This document shows positions 10,001 through 19,200 of a DNA stretch of 39,871 nt, one piece after another. Positions within the stretch are counted from its first letter, which is position 1, and every line of letters begins with the position of its first letter. The position numbers were made by a program, and so were the translations under genes. Source of the stretch: Deltaproteobacteria bacterium TL4 (GTDB taxonomy: Bacteria; SAR324; NAC60-12); the NCBI GenBank assembly GCA_051382335.1, contig JBBCAX010000401.1, positions 1 through 39,871 of the forward strand. The letters are read 5' to 3'. The notes under the pieces are model-generated. The model made no database searches and had not been told where the DNA came from. It worked only from the letters and a program-made list of their open reading frames with translations.

Positions 10001-10162
10001 AGCGAACTTGGTTGAGGTCAGATTGTTAGAACCCCATTGCCAAACTACTAAAGAAAAGATCAAGGCGTAGGCTGACAAGACCACAAAAAAAACGCCCATC
10101 AACTTATGACTGATTTTCCAACCAGGAGTTTGCGCTAATGAAGAGTTTTTCAATTGGTTCAT
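7031..10162 (-). CDS. Membrane sensor protein: TM-periplasmic-TM-HAMP-GAF-like-coiled coil-pseudo-receiver-RsbW-like HATPase
   Basis: Two TM segments; HAMP (QLAEGNLDHAIDTSRPDELGNLARSFATM); GAF-like (IIGFIQI...FRVEDKEFIDTLSQSLAISL); REC-like (KRVLLAETD...YDILCIN); ATPase boxes EELLMNAIYDAP, ISVIDPFG and GGAGRGLFQI. Confidence 0.8.
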   Translation of the reverse strand: MNQLKNSSLAQTPGWKISHKLMGVFFVVLSAYALIFSLVVWQWGSNNLTSTKFAQLNSITERFADDLMTRYRLLVREIQNLMLLPNLTDYIGENTVFSPYYFLNQKENVSMIGRAEQIEALRSHLHILQHFLQFQKAHNLAQVSYYLLSPHDIVPSAKPTLLFRINSQGTWIVRYTQKGKVTNPIIYYADHNAIELQNQSFFEEVRLNETTTDQAYESNGFHQSQTKPEPSLFLEIETDNALIHTKILEGKHEVIIQLRMRLNAKVRDIESGEDRTTPVAMVVVDFMLDDTFLSKAKEKLNFDTGLALNQSLLLSTLQHGNPVELVHPKRTHLNGNDYYYTQQNISFHESDKSVLAVVVLSPTQELIGLILYLLLKILLISLLGTIVVMFVIFAFTREVIIQPIVFLQNSANQLAEGNLDHAIDTSRPDELGNLARSFATMRDAIRHKIVDLHISNEALNWAKKRLEVLLVATEKIASSRDKFSVMITASNIILKQTLISRAVDIFIAFQEKTASGKVGYAIFQMNIAHPEEGVPSIQTDNVSNVVHSFSFQLPKNIEEKTGTLPTTGCLITPHSLDVCIWHNDQIIGFIQIKGLDQTTFRVEDKEFIDTLSQSLAISLEEISFTFELENKILERTQQLKSSMQKLEQQNTTLAASNRKLEDLNATKEQLLQKVSVLQNTHLSALNKLLAILLKNSDKGTKTIIRQASREIHQIDEMLRPMTSLLRSEQAIQNKRVLLAETDKKQQIIAKMALGGTGVTLDIATDLEEGKNLLSQNQYDILCINSELIELTEIALEKSPNVRSVFMTSKSPRDYLPLWRKHPVLSNIVSRDEEDRSFTLKNIITTVSKLISDDLFGLEKYLNWGVDVTQHVIADSESRNGLISQLEIDLEALGIRRPLISRCAMVAEELLMNAIYDAPMDADGNSLYNHLPRTVPVYLKKTEQGRMCYACDGLFLAISVIDPFGALDRDTILNYLESCYEGRHGSLNKNKGGAGRGLFQIMETVDLMVINVKPKIKTEVIAILNINPNKSKAIKTTSLHYFFD

Positions 10163-10372
10163 ATTTTACCTGCAGTTAATCGAATCATGGGAGAGAACGT
10201 GCTCTTCATATAGTGAAATTTTACCCTCATAAGCAAAAATTTTTTCATTCTCCCTATTGTATTCAATAACGATTCTAATCCGCTGATGTCAACATGAACA
10301 TACGAAAAGTGGAGTAAATTTGCAGGTTTATAAGGTTTGAAATACTTCGAAACTGAATCTTTAAATGGAAAG

Positions 10373-10648
10373 TCAGGACATGAATTTGGATTTGGACACC
10401 TCATCAAATTCTTCCGGAGTTCTCGAGGTAATAAACATTTCCCATGCTCTGAGAAAAGCGCCAATCATTCCTCCATTCGAACTATCATTGATGGTAATGG
10501 TTTTTCCTCCCACCATATGAATCTCCAAAATCCCTGATTTTTGAGAAATATGAGTCACATATTCCAACCGAATACTATGGCGTTCCAATACATTGCCATT
10601 GCCGTCCTGCATATTAATCGTAATCGTGTTTTTATCAATTTTCATCAT
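10373..10648 (-). CDS. Hypothetical protein (91 aa), beta-rich with a C-terminal helix
   Basis: ATG start, protein-like composition, co-oriented upstream of the sensor gene; no recognised motif. Confidence 0.5.
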   Translation of the reverse strand: MMKIDKNTITINMQDGNGNVLERHSIRLEYVTHISQKSGILEIHMVGGKTITINDSSNGGMIGAFLRAWEMFITSRTPEEFDEVSKSKFMS

Positions 10649-11112
10649 CGGTTTTTATGAAGGTTGTCCAGAAAAGTCTCATCCCATAATCTGGTTTCTG
10701 CCCTGTATCGGCCTTTATTTTAGCCGCTAATAATACAAAAAAATACAAAAAAAAGATTTATCCTGGTTTTTTTGTGGATTTCGTAACTAACCCCTTCCTC
10801 CTTTCTACTTAACCTATGCTCAACAAATACACAATAAAGCTTTTCAAAGGAGTCCAATAATTTCAGTGACAATTCCTCATTTTTTGGGCTTTTTTATCAA
10901 AATATTTTCTTCAGACTCGTGTGGAAGTTGTAAAAACAAGATAAAAAATCATTTTGAACTGTATTTCGGTAAAAATTTGTGATATTGTGACATTTCATCA
11001 ATGTTCAAAGTTACCGGATACAGATTCAAAAGATTCAGCAAGATTCTAAAAGAAGACTGTTTTCAAGGGTTTGCAACATTTAATTAAGAAACAGTAATAC
11101 TTTAGGAGTCTT

Positions 11113-11307
11113 ATGGCTAAAGGTGTAGTTAAGTGGTTTAATCCACAAAAAGGTTATGGATTTATCGAACAAGAATCAGGCGATGATTTATTCGTTCATC
11201 ATTCAGAAGTTCAGAGTGACTATCTTCCAGAAGGAGCGAAAGTCAGCTATGAAGTTGGTCAAGGGAAAAAAGGACCTTGCGCAGTAAACGTTCAGCTCGC
11301 CAACTAA
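11113..11307 (+). CDS. Cold-shock protein (CspA family)
   Basis: [11 protein letters not shown]1 KGYGFI, RNP2 DLFVHHS and [18 protein letters not shown]. Confidence 0.97.
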   Translation: MAKGVVKWFNPQKGYGFIEQESGDDLFVHHSEVQSDYLPEGAKVSYEVGQGKKGPCAVNVQLAN

Positions 11308-11360
11308 TTTTCTATCCCCCTCATAAATCGAATTTTGCTTTAAGACTGAAACTGAACGAT

Positions 11361-11405
11361 TTGTGAGGGGGGTTCCTTCCCCACCCCCCTTTGCGACTTT
11401 TATTT
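11361..11405 (+). terminator. Rho-independent terminator after the csp gene
   Basis: AGGGGGGT / ACCCCCCT stem, extended by TTGTG/TGCGA and followed by CTTTTATTT. Confidence 0.6.
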
Positions 11406-11649
11406 CGCACACCTTTTTAGTGTGATGTGTGTCTGTTTTTCTTCCAGAATTTTTCTTAAAAATGTTTAAAACCGTCCGAACTGTTGTAAATATCGCCTAT
11501 TAGTAATGCCTCATTCCTTGAACGTCGAATTTAACACTTGGAGATTACAGCAAGGTGTTTTCGTGGTTTTAAAAAGGTACCTGCACAGCTCGAAATTTTT
11601 CAGGTTTTTGGATTCTCAGTTGATCAAAGTAGTTCATTTGTCCTCCTTA

Positions 11650-11793
11650 GGAACGCTCAAAAAATAACTTAGAAACTTTTAACCCCACCCAACCTCCCCT
11701 TGGTAAGGGGAGGAGCTTTAGAATCCCCTCCTTGGCAAGGAGGGGCAGGGGAGTTTTTTTTGGAAAGTTTCTAAGTTATTCTTTTAACGTTCC
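11650..11793. mobile_element. 144-bp MITE-like element with 30-bp terminal inverted repeats and a TTA target duplication
   Basis: Left GGAACGCTCAAAAAATAACTTAGAAACTTT versus the reverse complement of the right end GGAACGTTAAAAGAATAACTTAGAAACTTT (27/30). TTA at 11647-11649 and 11794-11796. Two internal GC hairpins: CTCCCCTTGGTAAGGGGAG and CCCCTCCTTGGCAAGGAGGGG. Confidence 0.75.
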
Positions 11794-11876
11794 TTACAAT
11801 GTATTTGAAATGCTGAAAAGCTGTAAAGGAGGAGGATGCCAGCAAACCCGCAAAATCCAGGTTTTATTTTGGAAAG

Positions 11877-11996
11877 ATGTCTATTATCTCGGAAGAACAA
11901 TCAACCGCGGTGCCCGAAAGGACTAAACAAGAAGGAGAAATCCGTCTCCAATGGAGATGGGGGGAACCGGCGGTATGGACGGACAGCATGTTATAG
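11877..11996 (+). pseudogene. Remnant of the N-terminus of a group II intron reverse transcriptase/maturase
   Basis: Hand translation MSIISEEQSTAVPERTKQEGEIRLQWRWGEPAVWTDSML*. It resembles the VPExAKQxGExRxxWxWVEPSVWTxRML leader recalled for some intron RTs and is followed immediately by stops. Confidence 0.5.
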
Positions 11997-12016
11997 ACTC
12001 TTAATTAAGAACATTG

Positions 12017-12036
12017 AGGCTCTGCCTTGGAACGAG
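12017..12036. repeat. Half of a CGTTCCAAGGC-N3-GCCTTGGAACG-type REP-like palindrome
   Basis: AGGCTCTGCCTTGGAACGAG; same class of repeat as 38905-38929. Confidence 0.4.
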
Positions 12037-12042
12037 TTAGTC

Positions 12043-12064
12043 GGTCGAACTTACGGCCAAGCCC
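12043..12064 (-). repeat. Isolated copy of the putative IS terminus seen at 39745-39766
   Basis: Reverse complement GGGCTTGGCCGTAAGTTCGACC versus GGGCTTGGTCGTAAGTTCGGCC at 39745 (20/22 identical). Confidence 0.6.
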
Positions 12065-12359
12065 GAAAAACTCTTGGCAATAGGCGGGAATTCCGATTTT
12101 AGCTTGTGAAAACATAAAAATTTTAATATTCATTGCGAGAGTGCCGTGTCATAAACTAGGGGTGTCTTGGTATGAAAATTGAACCTTGATTTTTGTGTCT
12201 GCCTTCACAGGGAGAGCACAAGCAAAGATGAGGCTTCAACCAATTCTGGTTCACGTGACTGCACCGTATTTAGTTTCCAAAAAAAAAGTCTGTTATTCTT
12301 ACGTGGGAGTGATGGACGCTGGTTTACTTCGACGCTATTCGAAGAAACAAACGCTTGAT

Positions 12360-14816
12360 ATGAATGATCCAACTCAAACAAATGCCAAACCGCTTATGAG
12401 AATGTTACTTGTGAAAAACCTTATCAAATGTCTTATGGCCTGGATTGCTTTGGGGAGTATTGCCTGCACAACTTCTCCATCCACTCCCGTCACCCCAACC
12501 GAAGCAAACCCTGTTTCTGTTGAACTAACAGCCCCGACATCGTCGGATGTTACAACGAACGCACTGGGAGGTTCCTCTGCTCTGACGTCCCCGTTGGCAC
12601 TAACAAAACCCTCTTCACCAGCCAATCCCGTTGCTGATCGAACTGCTCAATCAATGGTGACCAAAGCTCAGAAAGCTCAGCACTCAGGGCATCTGCACGC
12701 TTCAAAAGCAGAGAACGCTTCCGAAGCAGAAAACACAGAAGTGCTTGAAGAGGGGGGTGATGTTTTGGAGTCGCCTCTGGAGGAGTCCTATGACGAGAAT
12801 GGGAGCGATGTTTCAATAGAAATTGAGGAAGAAGTTTTGGAACACACCATTACACAAGACCAGCTATCTCAACTTTTAAAAAACTCAGAATCTCGGGAAG
12901 GAAAAACGATTTTTGAAGGCTTTATCGAAACGCCTCTCCCCCTGTTGCTTGAAAAACATTCTGATGACGCACGGGAAGTTCAGCTTTTTCCTCTGGAGCC
13001 CGTCGATATTGTGAGGATGACCTTAAAAAATGATAACAAGAACAAAAAGGAAGAACACGCGAAAATGAGTGAAGAAGATGAAGCCTCTCATCCTGGCTTG
13101 ATAGATATTCAGCAGGAAAGTCTGCTCAGTTTGATTGATGAGAGTGACCCTTCTATGGAACCGCAGAACTTCGAGAAAAAGAGCATTGAGGAAAAATCAG
13201 AAGAAGTGATTTATGACATTCCCATTGTGATGAACAAACGGGTGGAGCAGCTCATGGATCTATACCTTAATAAACGTCGCAAAGTGTTAGAGTTGGGATT
13301 GCGGCGTTCTGGTCAATACTTGCCGATGATGCAAAGTATTCTGAAGGAAAAAGGATTGCCTTTGGATTTAGCTTATTTAGTCGCCGTCGAGAGTAACTAC
13401 AACACAAAAGCACGATCCCAAAGCCATGCTGTGGGCTTGTGGCAGTTTATTGCTTCTACAGGAAGAAATCATGGACTTCAAATCAATCAATGGGTTGATG
13501 ACCGTATGGACCCCATCAAAGCCACATACGCAGCAGCAAATTACTTAAGCACTTTGTATCACGAGTTTAATGATTGGGAACTGAGTCTGGCTGCCTACAA
13601 TTCAGGCGAAGGCAGGGTCAGACGTGCTGTAAAGAAGGCCCAAATGCAGGGGTTGCCTGCCGATTTCTGGTCGATTCACTTACCCAGGGAAACCCGAAAT
13701 TATGTTCCCGCAATGATGGCCGTTACCATAATTTCCAAAAATCTAAAAAAATATGATTTGGATTCCATTGGAACACAAGACCCCATGATTGAGGATAAAT
13801 TCACACTGCCTACAAAATTTCCGCTGCAGGAAATTGCTTCCCGATCTGGAATTTCATTCAAGGAACTCCTGGAATTGAACCCCTCCCTTTATCGGGGTCT
13901 CCCTCCTTTTCAGCAGGAAGAATATTCCCTCTACCTTCCTGAAAAGTATCATGAACCGTTATTGGCTTCGTTAGAATCCAAACCTGAACCAGAAGAAAAA
14001 TGGCATGGGGCGTATGCTGTTTTTTTGGACAAGTCTGATCGCATGACCCGAATTCTGGAGAAGGAAGGAGAACCCCTCTATTTTCGAGTCCGTCAAGGCG
14101 ATACTTTGTGGGATTTATCAGGAAGGTATCACACCACAGTGGTCCGTATACGAACCTGGAATGGTCTGAGTCAGAACAGTGTGTTGAGTGTGGGTCAGCG
14201 ATTGAAAGTTTATATTCCCACCTGGAAAGTTTTTGCGAAAGCGGCGGAAATGACACCTAGTCAGCAACTCAACTTCCCTCAAAAGAGATCTTATGTGATC
14301 AATGTCTCTCTTGGGGACAGTTTATCTGGTTTAGCACGGAGGTATGGAACAACGGTGTCTCAGTTAATGGATTGGAACAGCTTGGAGAAACCTACCGATC
14401 TGCAGGCAGGTCAGCGCTTGATTGTGGGTGAATTGGCAACCCTTTCTGAGGAGGTCACCCCCTCGAGTATAGAAGCAAAATATCATGTCATTCGGGTTCT
14501 TCGCGGAGAAACCTTATCACGCCTGGCAAAGCGTTACAACACCACCGTTAAACAGATTCAACTTTGGAATGATCTCAAGCAGGCCTCCGATCTCAGAGCA
14601 GACCAGAAACTGATTGTAGGCAAAGTGAGCCATGCGAAAGCCTCAAAAAAAACGGGTAAACACCATGTGATCCTTGTCAAAGAGGGTGATACCTTATGGA
14701 GCATTGCCAAACTTTACGGGACCTCTGTTCAGCAATTAATTGCTCTAAACAATATTTCTTCATCTCAACCTCTCAAACTCAATCAAAAACTGCTAGTGCC
14801 CGTCAAAGACTCATGA
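12360..14816 (+). CDS. mltD: MltD-like membrane-bound lytic murein transglycosylase (SLT domain plus four LysM repeats), probable lipoprotein
   Basis: LAYLVAVESNYN (catalytic Glu), AVGLWQF, LAAYNSGEG and LPRETRNYVP; four LysM repeats; lipobox-like LGSIAC. Start uncertain (12360, 12396 or 12402; ORF open from 12186). Confidence 0.9.
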   Translation: MNDPTQTNAKPLMRMLLVKNLIKCLMAWIALGSIACTTSPSTPVTPTEANPVSVELTAPTSSDVTTNALGGSSALTSPLALTKPSSPANPVADRTAQSMVTKAQKAQHSGHLHASKAENASEAENTEVLEEGGDVLESPLEESYDENGSDVSIEIEEEVLEHTITQDQLSQLLKNSESREGKTIFEGFIETPLPLLLEKHSDDAREVQLFPLEPVDIVRMTLKNDNKNKKEEHAKMSEEDEASHPGLIDIQQESLLSLIDESDPSMEPQNFEKKSIEEKSEEVIYDIPIVMNKRVEQLMDLYLNKRRKVLELGLRRSGQYLPMMQSILKEKGLPLDLAYLVAVESNYNTKARSQSHAVGLWQFIASTGRNHGLQINQWVDDRMDPIKATYAAANYLSTLYHEFNDWELSLAAYNSGEGRVRRAVKKAQMQGLPADFWSIHLPRETRNYVPAMMAVTIISKNLKKYDLDSIGTQDPMIEDKFTLPTKFPLQEIASRSGISFKELLELNPSLYRGLPPFQQEEYSLYLPEKYHEPLLASLESKPEPEEKWHGAYAVFLDKSDRMTRILEKEGEPLYFRVRQGDTLWDLSGRYHTTVVRIRTWNGLSQNSVLSVGQRLKVYIPTWKVFAKAAEMTPSQQLNFPQKRSYVINVSLGDSLSGLARRYGTTVSQLMDWNSLEKPTDLQAGQRLIVGELATLSEEVTPSSIEAKYHVIRVLRGETLSRLAKRYNTTVKQIQLWNDLKQASDLRADQKLIVGKVSHAKASKKTGKHHVILVKEGDTLWSIAKLYGTSVQQLIALNNISSSQPLKLNQKLLVPVKDS

Positions 14817-14879
14817 GGTGCTGAGCTAAGTTTCTCCCTATCGGAGGAATGGTAGATGTGATTACGATGTTGTGAGGCT

Positions 14880-15557
14880 TCAGGAAAAGGCAGGCAAACC
14901 CCATAATTCCGGTTGGAACTCTTCGAGAGAATTCAAGATTTGGTCTGCCCTTTCGTAGATCCGTTTATCCAGATTGGGATCAGGGACGACAACCACGGAC
15001 ATCCCCGCATTTAAAGCGGCTTCCATGCCTGAGGGCGCATCCTCAAAAACAAGACATTGCGCTGGTTGCGCCTTCAAACGACGGGCCGCTGCTAAAAAGA
15101 TATCAGGTGCCGGCTTCCCTTTTTTGACTTCAGGATCATCCACCGTCACAATACTGTCAAAACCACCGAACCATTCCTGGTGCAAAGTGATTTTTAGTTG
15201 ATAATTAATGAAGCTTGAACTCGTAGCCACCGCTTGAGGAACATGATGCCGGAGCAAATGCTCTGTTAAGCGACGTGCTCCGGGCAGTGCCTGGGCCGAA
15301 GGAAAAAGCTCTGCCAATAAACTTTCACGTTCCACCAGATATTCTTCAGGACTGATAGGCAGTTCCAGACTCTCGACTAAAATTCGCGCAGAATCAATCG
15401 CTTTTTTACCAATCATTTTCGCTTTGAGGGACCACTCGAAGCGTTTATCAAAGCGTTCTACTATTTTTTGGGTTACCTGTGTGTACAAGGGCTCCGTGTC
15501 CAGCAAGAGCCCATCCATGTCATAAAGGACATGCGTAATTTTTCTAAATGATGACAT
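14880..15557 (-). CDS. HAD-superfamily (IA) phosphatase, HDHD1/pseudouridine-5'-phosphatase (GS1)-like
   Basis: DMDGLLLDTE, AVATSS, GKPAPDIF, VFEDAPSG; C-terminal FQPELWGLP. Confidence 0.88.
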   Translation of the reverse strand: MSSFRKITHVLYDMDGLLLDTEPLYTQVTQKIVERFDKRFEWSLKAKMIGKKAIDSARILVESLELPISPEEYLVERESLLAELFPSAQALPGARRLTEHLLRHHVPQAVATSSSFINYQLKITLHQEWFGGFDSIVTVDDPEVKKGKPAPDIFLAAARRLKAQPAQCLVFEDAPSGMEAALNAGMSVVVVPDPNLDKRIYERADQILNSLEEFQPELWGLPAFS

Positions 15558-15646
15558 TGTTTTTTCCTTACCATAAGAATCATGATTTCGCTTTTAACCC
15601 AGCGAGTTATCGCTGGGGAACCTGGCCTAAATGTTATTTCTAGTGC

Positions 15647-16015
15647 TTAATCCCGCAAGCGGTCTATCAAAATGTCCAACATTCGTTCGTGGTAGTTTAT
15701 GGGAGAACAAAAATGAACCGATACCGTTGGAAAATGGCGTATAAACTTTTCAGTGACTTGCTGTAAATCCTGTTTGACATGAGAACTTTCAAAGAGGAAA
15801 TAGGGGAGAATTTTCAACTTTTCATATCCCTCCGCAAAAGCCTGCGCCATGGCCTCATATAAAGTAGGTTCTAAAAATTCACCGAATCCAGGGTAAACAG
15901 GACATTGCACGCGTTCCTGGAGTCGTTTTCCATAAGCGAAAACCACCTCAGATTCCCAGGCGTTTCTTGTGCCATGTGCCACTAGAATAATAGCGGTATC
16001 TCTGCTCTCATCCAT
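15647..16015 (-). CDS. Single-domain sirohydrochlorin chelatase-like protein (CbiX/SirB, CbiXS-size)
   Basis: ILVAHGTR, EFLEPTL and LPYFLFESSHVKQDL, with both metal-binding His residues. Confidence 0.82.
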   Translation of the reverse strand: MDESRDTAIILVAHGTRNAWESEVVFAYGKRLQERVQCPVYPGFGEFLEPTLYEAMAQAFAEGYEKLKILPYFLFESSHVKQDLQQVTEKFIRHFPTVSVHFCSPINYHERMLDILIDRLRD

Positions 16016-16280
16016 AGGCCTTCCTTCTTTGTCTTTGACAGACTCAATAGATTTATTGTTTAATAATCGTTCTCACACAAAGCCTCAGCATGATGAATCG
16101 CGAGCAAGAGCAAGAGTAAAAGGGCAAGTCCTTGAGGTTTGGTCCTTAATGGTGTTTATTCTATATAGAATTCTATTGTAAAAAAGAGCGATAAAGGTTA
16201 GAGAAACACATTATTGAGCAACTTCACCCATTTGTAATTTCACCTTAGCTCAAATCAATGACATTTACATCAATAATTTT

Positions 16281-19200
16281 ATGCGCGTAAAAGACAAAGT
16301 TTCGGCGGTTTTAAATTTACGAGATGGAGAAAGATCAATTACTTTATTGTTGTTTTTGTACTCCTTTCAAATTGGAATCACTAAAATTTTCTGTCTGACT
16401 TCCTCTCTTACCATTTTTTTGGAACGATATAGCGCCAATTACTTATCCTACGTTTATATGCTAACTGCGGTGGTGACCGTCATCACGGGAATTACCTATC
16501 TGAAAGTGAGTCAACACCTTTCCAATATAGTGCTAACATTAAGCAATTTGGGGTTTATTACCATCGTTACCGTATTGATTCGACTCGGCCTGGAATTACC
16601 TGGTGTCAAATGGCCAGCGATGGCGTTATCCGTCTGGAATCATGTTGTATTTACGTTGACCAATATTGCTTTTTGGAATATTGCTTCCAAAATACTTGAT
16701 GTGAGACAGGGAAAACGCTTGTTTGCCCTGATTGCTACAGGAGATGTCCTGGCCGCCTTGTTTGGCGGCTTTGCAACCGGATTTTTGGCTGAAATGGTTG
16801 GAACCCCCAACTTGCTGATTTTCTCGGCGGCGGGCACCATGGGGACTTTTTTGGAGTTGATCTACCTGAAACAAAAGTATCGGCATAAATTCGCGATCTC
16901 GCATACGGTTTCCTCTGATTTCAAACGCGAAAAATCCAAATTATCCCTTAGAACGCCTTATGTTCTGTTGATCATGAGTTATTTTATTTTGAGCAACTTT
17001 ATTTATACTTTTGTAGATAAAGCTTTCAATGAAATGGCACAACAACGGTATTCTGATTCTGCGACTTTAGCCCAGTTTTTTGGAAACTTTTTTGCGGTGG
17101 CTGCGGTATTGGCGGTTGTCATCCGCATTTTTGTCGCGGGACGCTTAATCAATCGATATGGGGTGGTTATCGGTTTGATGGCCTTACCAGCCGCTATTTT
17201 TCTGGGTTCCTCGTTGACGACCGTGAGTGTCAATGTTTGGGGAAGTGTGGGGTTGCTTTTTTGGTTTACCATCATGACCAGACTTTTTGATAAAGTTTTT
17301 CGTGGGATCCAATATGCTTCGATGGCGACGATTTATCAGCCTTTAATGGATCAAAGTCAATCCATTCAGGCAAGTATGGAAAGCTTCGTTGAACCGCTCA
17401 CGATCGGAGCCGCCGGCGTTTTCTTATTTTTGATTCATGCCTATTTTGACATTAGCGCCTTGGAACTGGCTTATTTTTGTGGTTTTCTCTCAGTAGTGTG
17501 GATCCTGATCACCCTTTTACTGCGGAATGAGTATATTACGGTATTGGCTCAAGCGATCACCCATCGTAAGATTGAGGCGGTAGAATTTTCGCTGAAAGAT
17601 GAATCAACATTAGCGTTGCTGGAGAAAGAACTTAAAAGTCCTTTTCATGAAAATGTCATTTATGCGCTGGATTTATTAGAAAGCATTCATTCCAAAGCCT
17701 TATTGTCCATTTTTACACAACTCTTGGAACATCCCTCCATCGAAGTTCGTAAAAATGTCCTGGAACGAATAGAAAAACATCATGCGGTGGAGTTGCTTGA
17801 GGCCATTAACGCGCGGATAAAAGTTGAAACCTCCATGGAAGTTAAAGGACTCTTGCTGCACGTTTTTTGTGTTTTAAGTGAGGACGGCGTTCCACAAAAT
17901 ATTTCTTATTTAAATCATGAATCCCCTTGGTTAAGAATGGGCGCTTTTACCGGTTTATTACGCTCAGGCTCCATAGAAGGCATTGTGCATGCGGGTTCGA
18001 AACTTATGGATTTGTTAAATTCCGCGGAGTCCACAGATCGGATATTTGCGGCACAAATCCTGGAACGGGCGGCAATTACCGAGTTTTATCGCCCTGTGTT
18101 ACAACTATTAATGGATCCGGATTTTAAAGTAAGAAAAGCCGCTCTGGCCGCAGCCTCTAAACTTAAAAATCCACTGCTTTGGCACGCTGTCGCGGAGAAC
18201 CTGCAATTCAAAGAACTTTCCTCTTCTGTGGTTTCTTGCCTGATATCGGTGGGAAGTCCGGCGATCGTCAGTTTGGAACACGCCTTTGAAAAAAATAAGG
18301 ATAATGAAGCGATTCTTATTCGTATTCTTCGGATTGTAGGGATTATTGGAGGCCCAGAAGCCATTGAATTCCTCAATAGTAAAAGCGAATTCAATGCGGA
18401 AGATGTGCGTCATGCCGCAATCCTTGCTTTGAAAAATTGTCGCTATCACGTCTCTTTGGAGATGATTCCAAGTATCGAGAAAAAGATCCGCAATGAAATA
18501 GATGACGCGGCCTGGACCTTTGCGGCGCTAAAAGATTTTGCTAAAGAAGAATCCGCTATTTATTTAAAAAAATCATTAGAGTATGAAATTGATCAAAATC
18601 GTGAGCGGATTTTTGTGTTTTTATCCTTTATTTATGACCGGGATACGGTTCTTCAGGCTTGGGATAACTATCTTTTTGGTGATTCTGAAAAGAAATCTTA
18701 TGCTTTGGAATTGATTGACAATCTGATTTCAAATGACTTGAAAAAACTCATTTTTCCCGTTTTGGAAGACCTGCTGATCCATATACGAATGGATCGACTC
18801 AAACCCTATTTTCCACAATCCCTATTGGGCGGTATTGACCGGGCCAGAGAGATTTTAATCCGAACTGATAAATGGATCACAACCTGGACCAAATGTTGTA
18901 CCTTATACTGGGTGGGAAAACAAAAGTTGATGGATTTAGCAGAAGCTGTGATAAAGAACGTGTCTATGAACTGCGAGCCTTTAGTCCAGGAAACAGCCAT
19001 CTGGGCGTTAACACAATTACAGGTTAAAAACCTTGAAGAGTTCTTACAGCCTTTAACGCTTGCGAAATCAGAAACCCTTGCAAAGCAGGCACAGGCCGCG
19101 CTTTCCGCTAAAACCCTGGATCTAACCGTGGAACGCGTTTTAAAACTTAAAACCATCGAAATGTTTGACCAAACCCCTGAAACCATTCTTGCGGAAATTG

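Noticed and set aside
11732..12102. ORFs 11732-11926 and 11836-12102
   Set aside because: They run through the MITE, the RT remnant (a different frame) and repeat fragments, with no protein-like features. The GGAGG before 11836 is not sufficient.
12167..12182. TTGGTATGAAAATTGA as a sigma54 promoter for mltD
   Set aside because: The -12 dinucleotide is GA rather than GC; too weak without other support.
12186..12359. Extended N-terminus of the MltD ORF
   Set aside because: TTG start without an RBS; the signal peptide and lipobox lie about 70-95 codons downstream.
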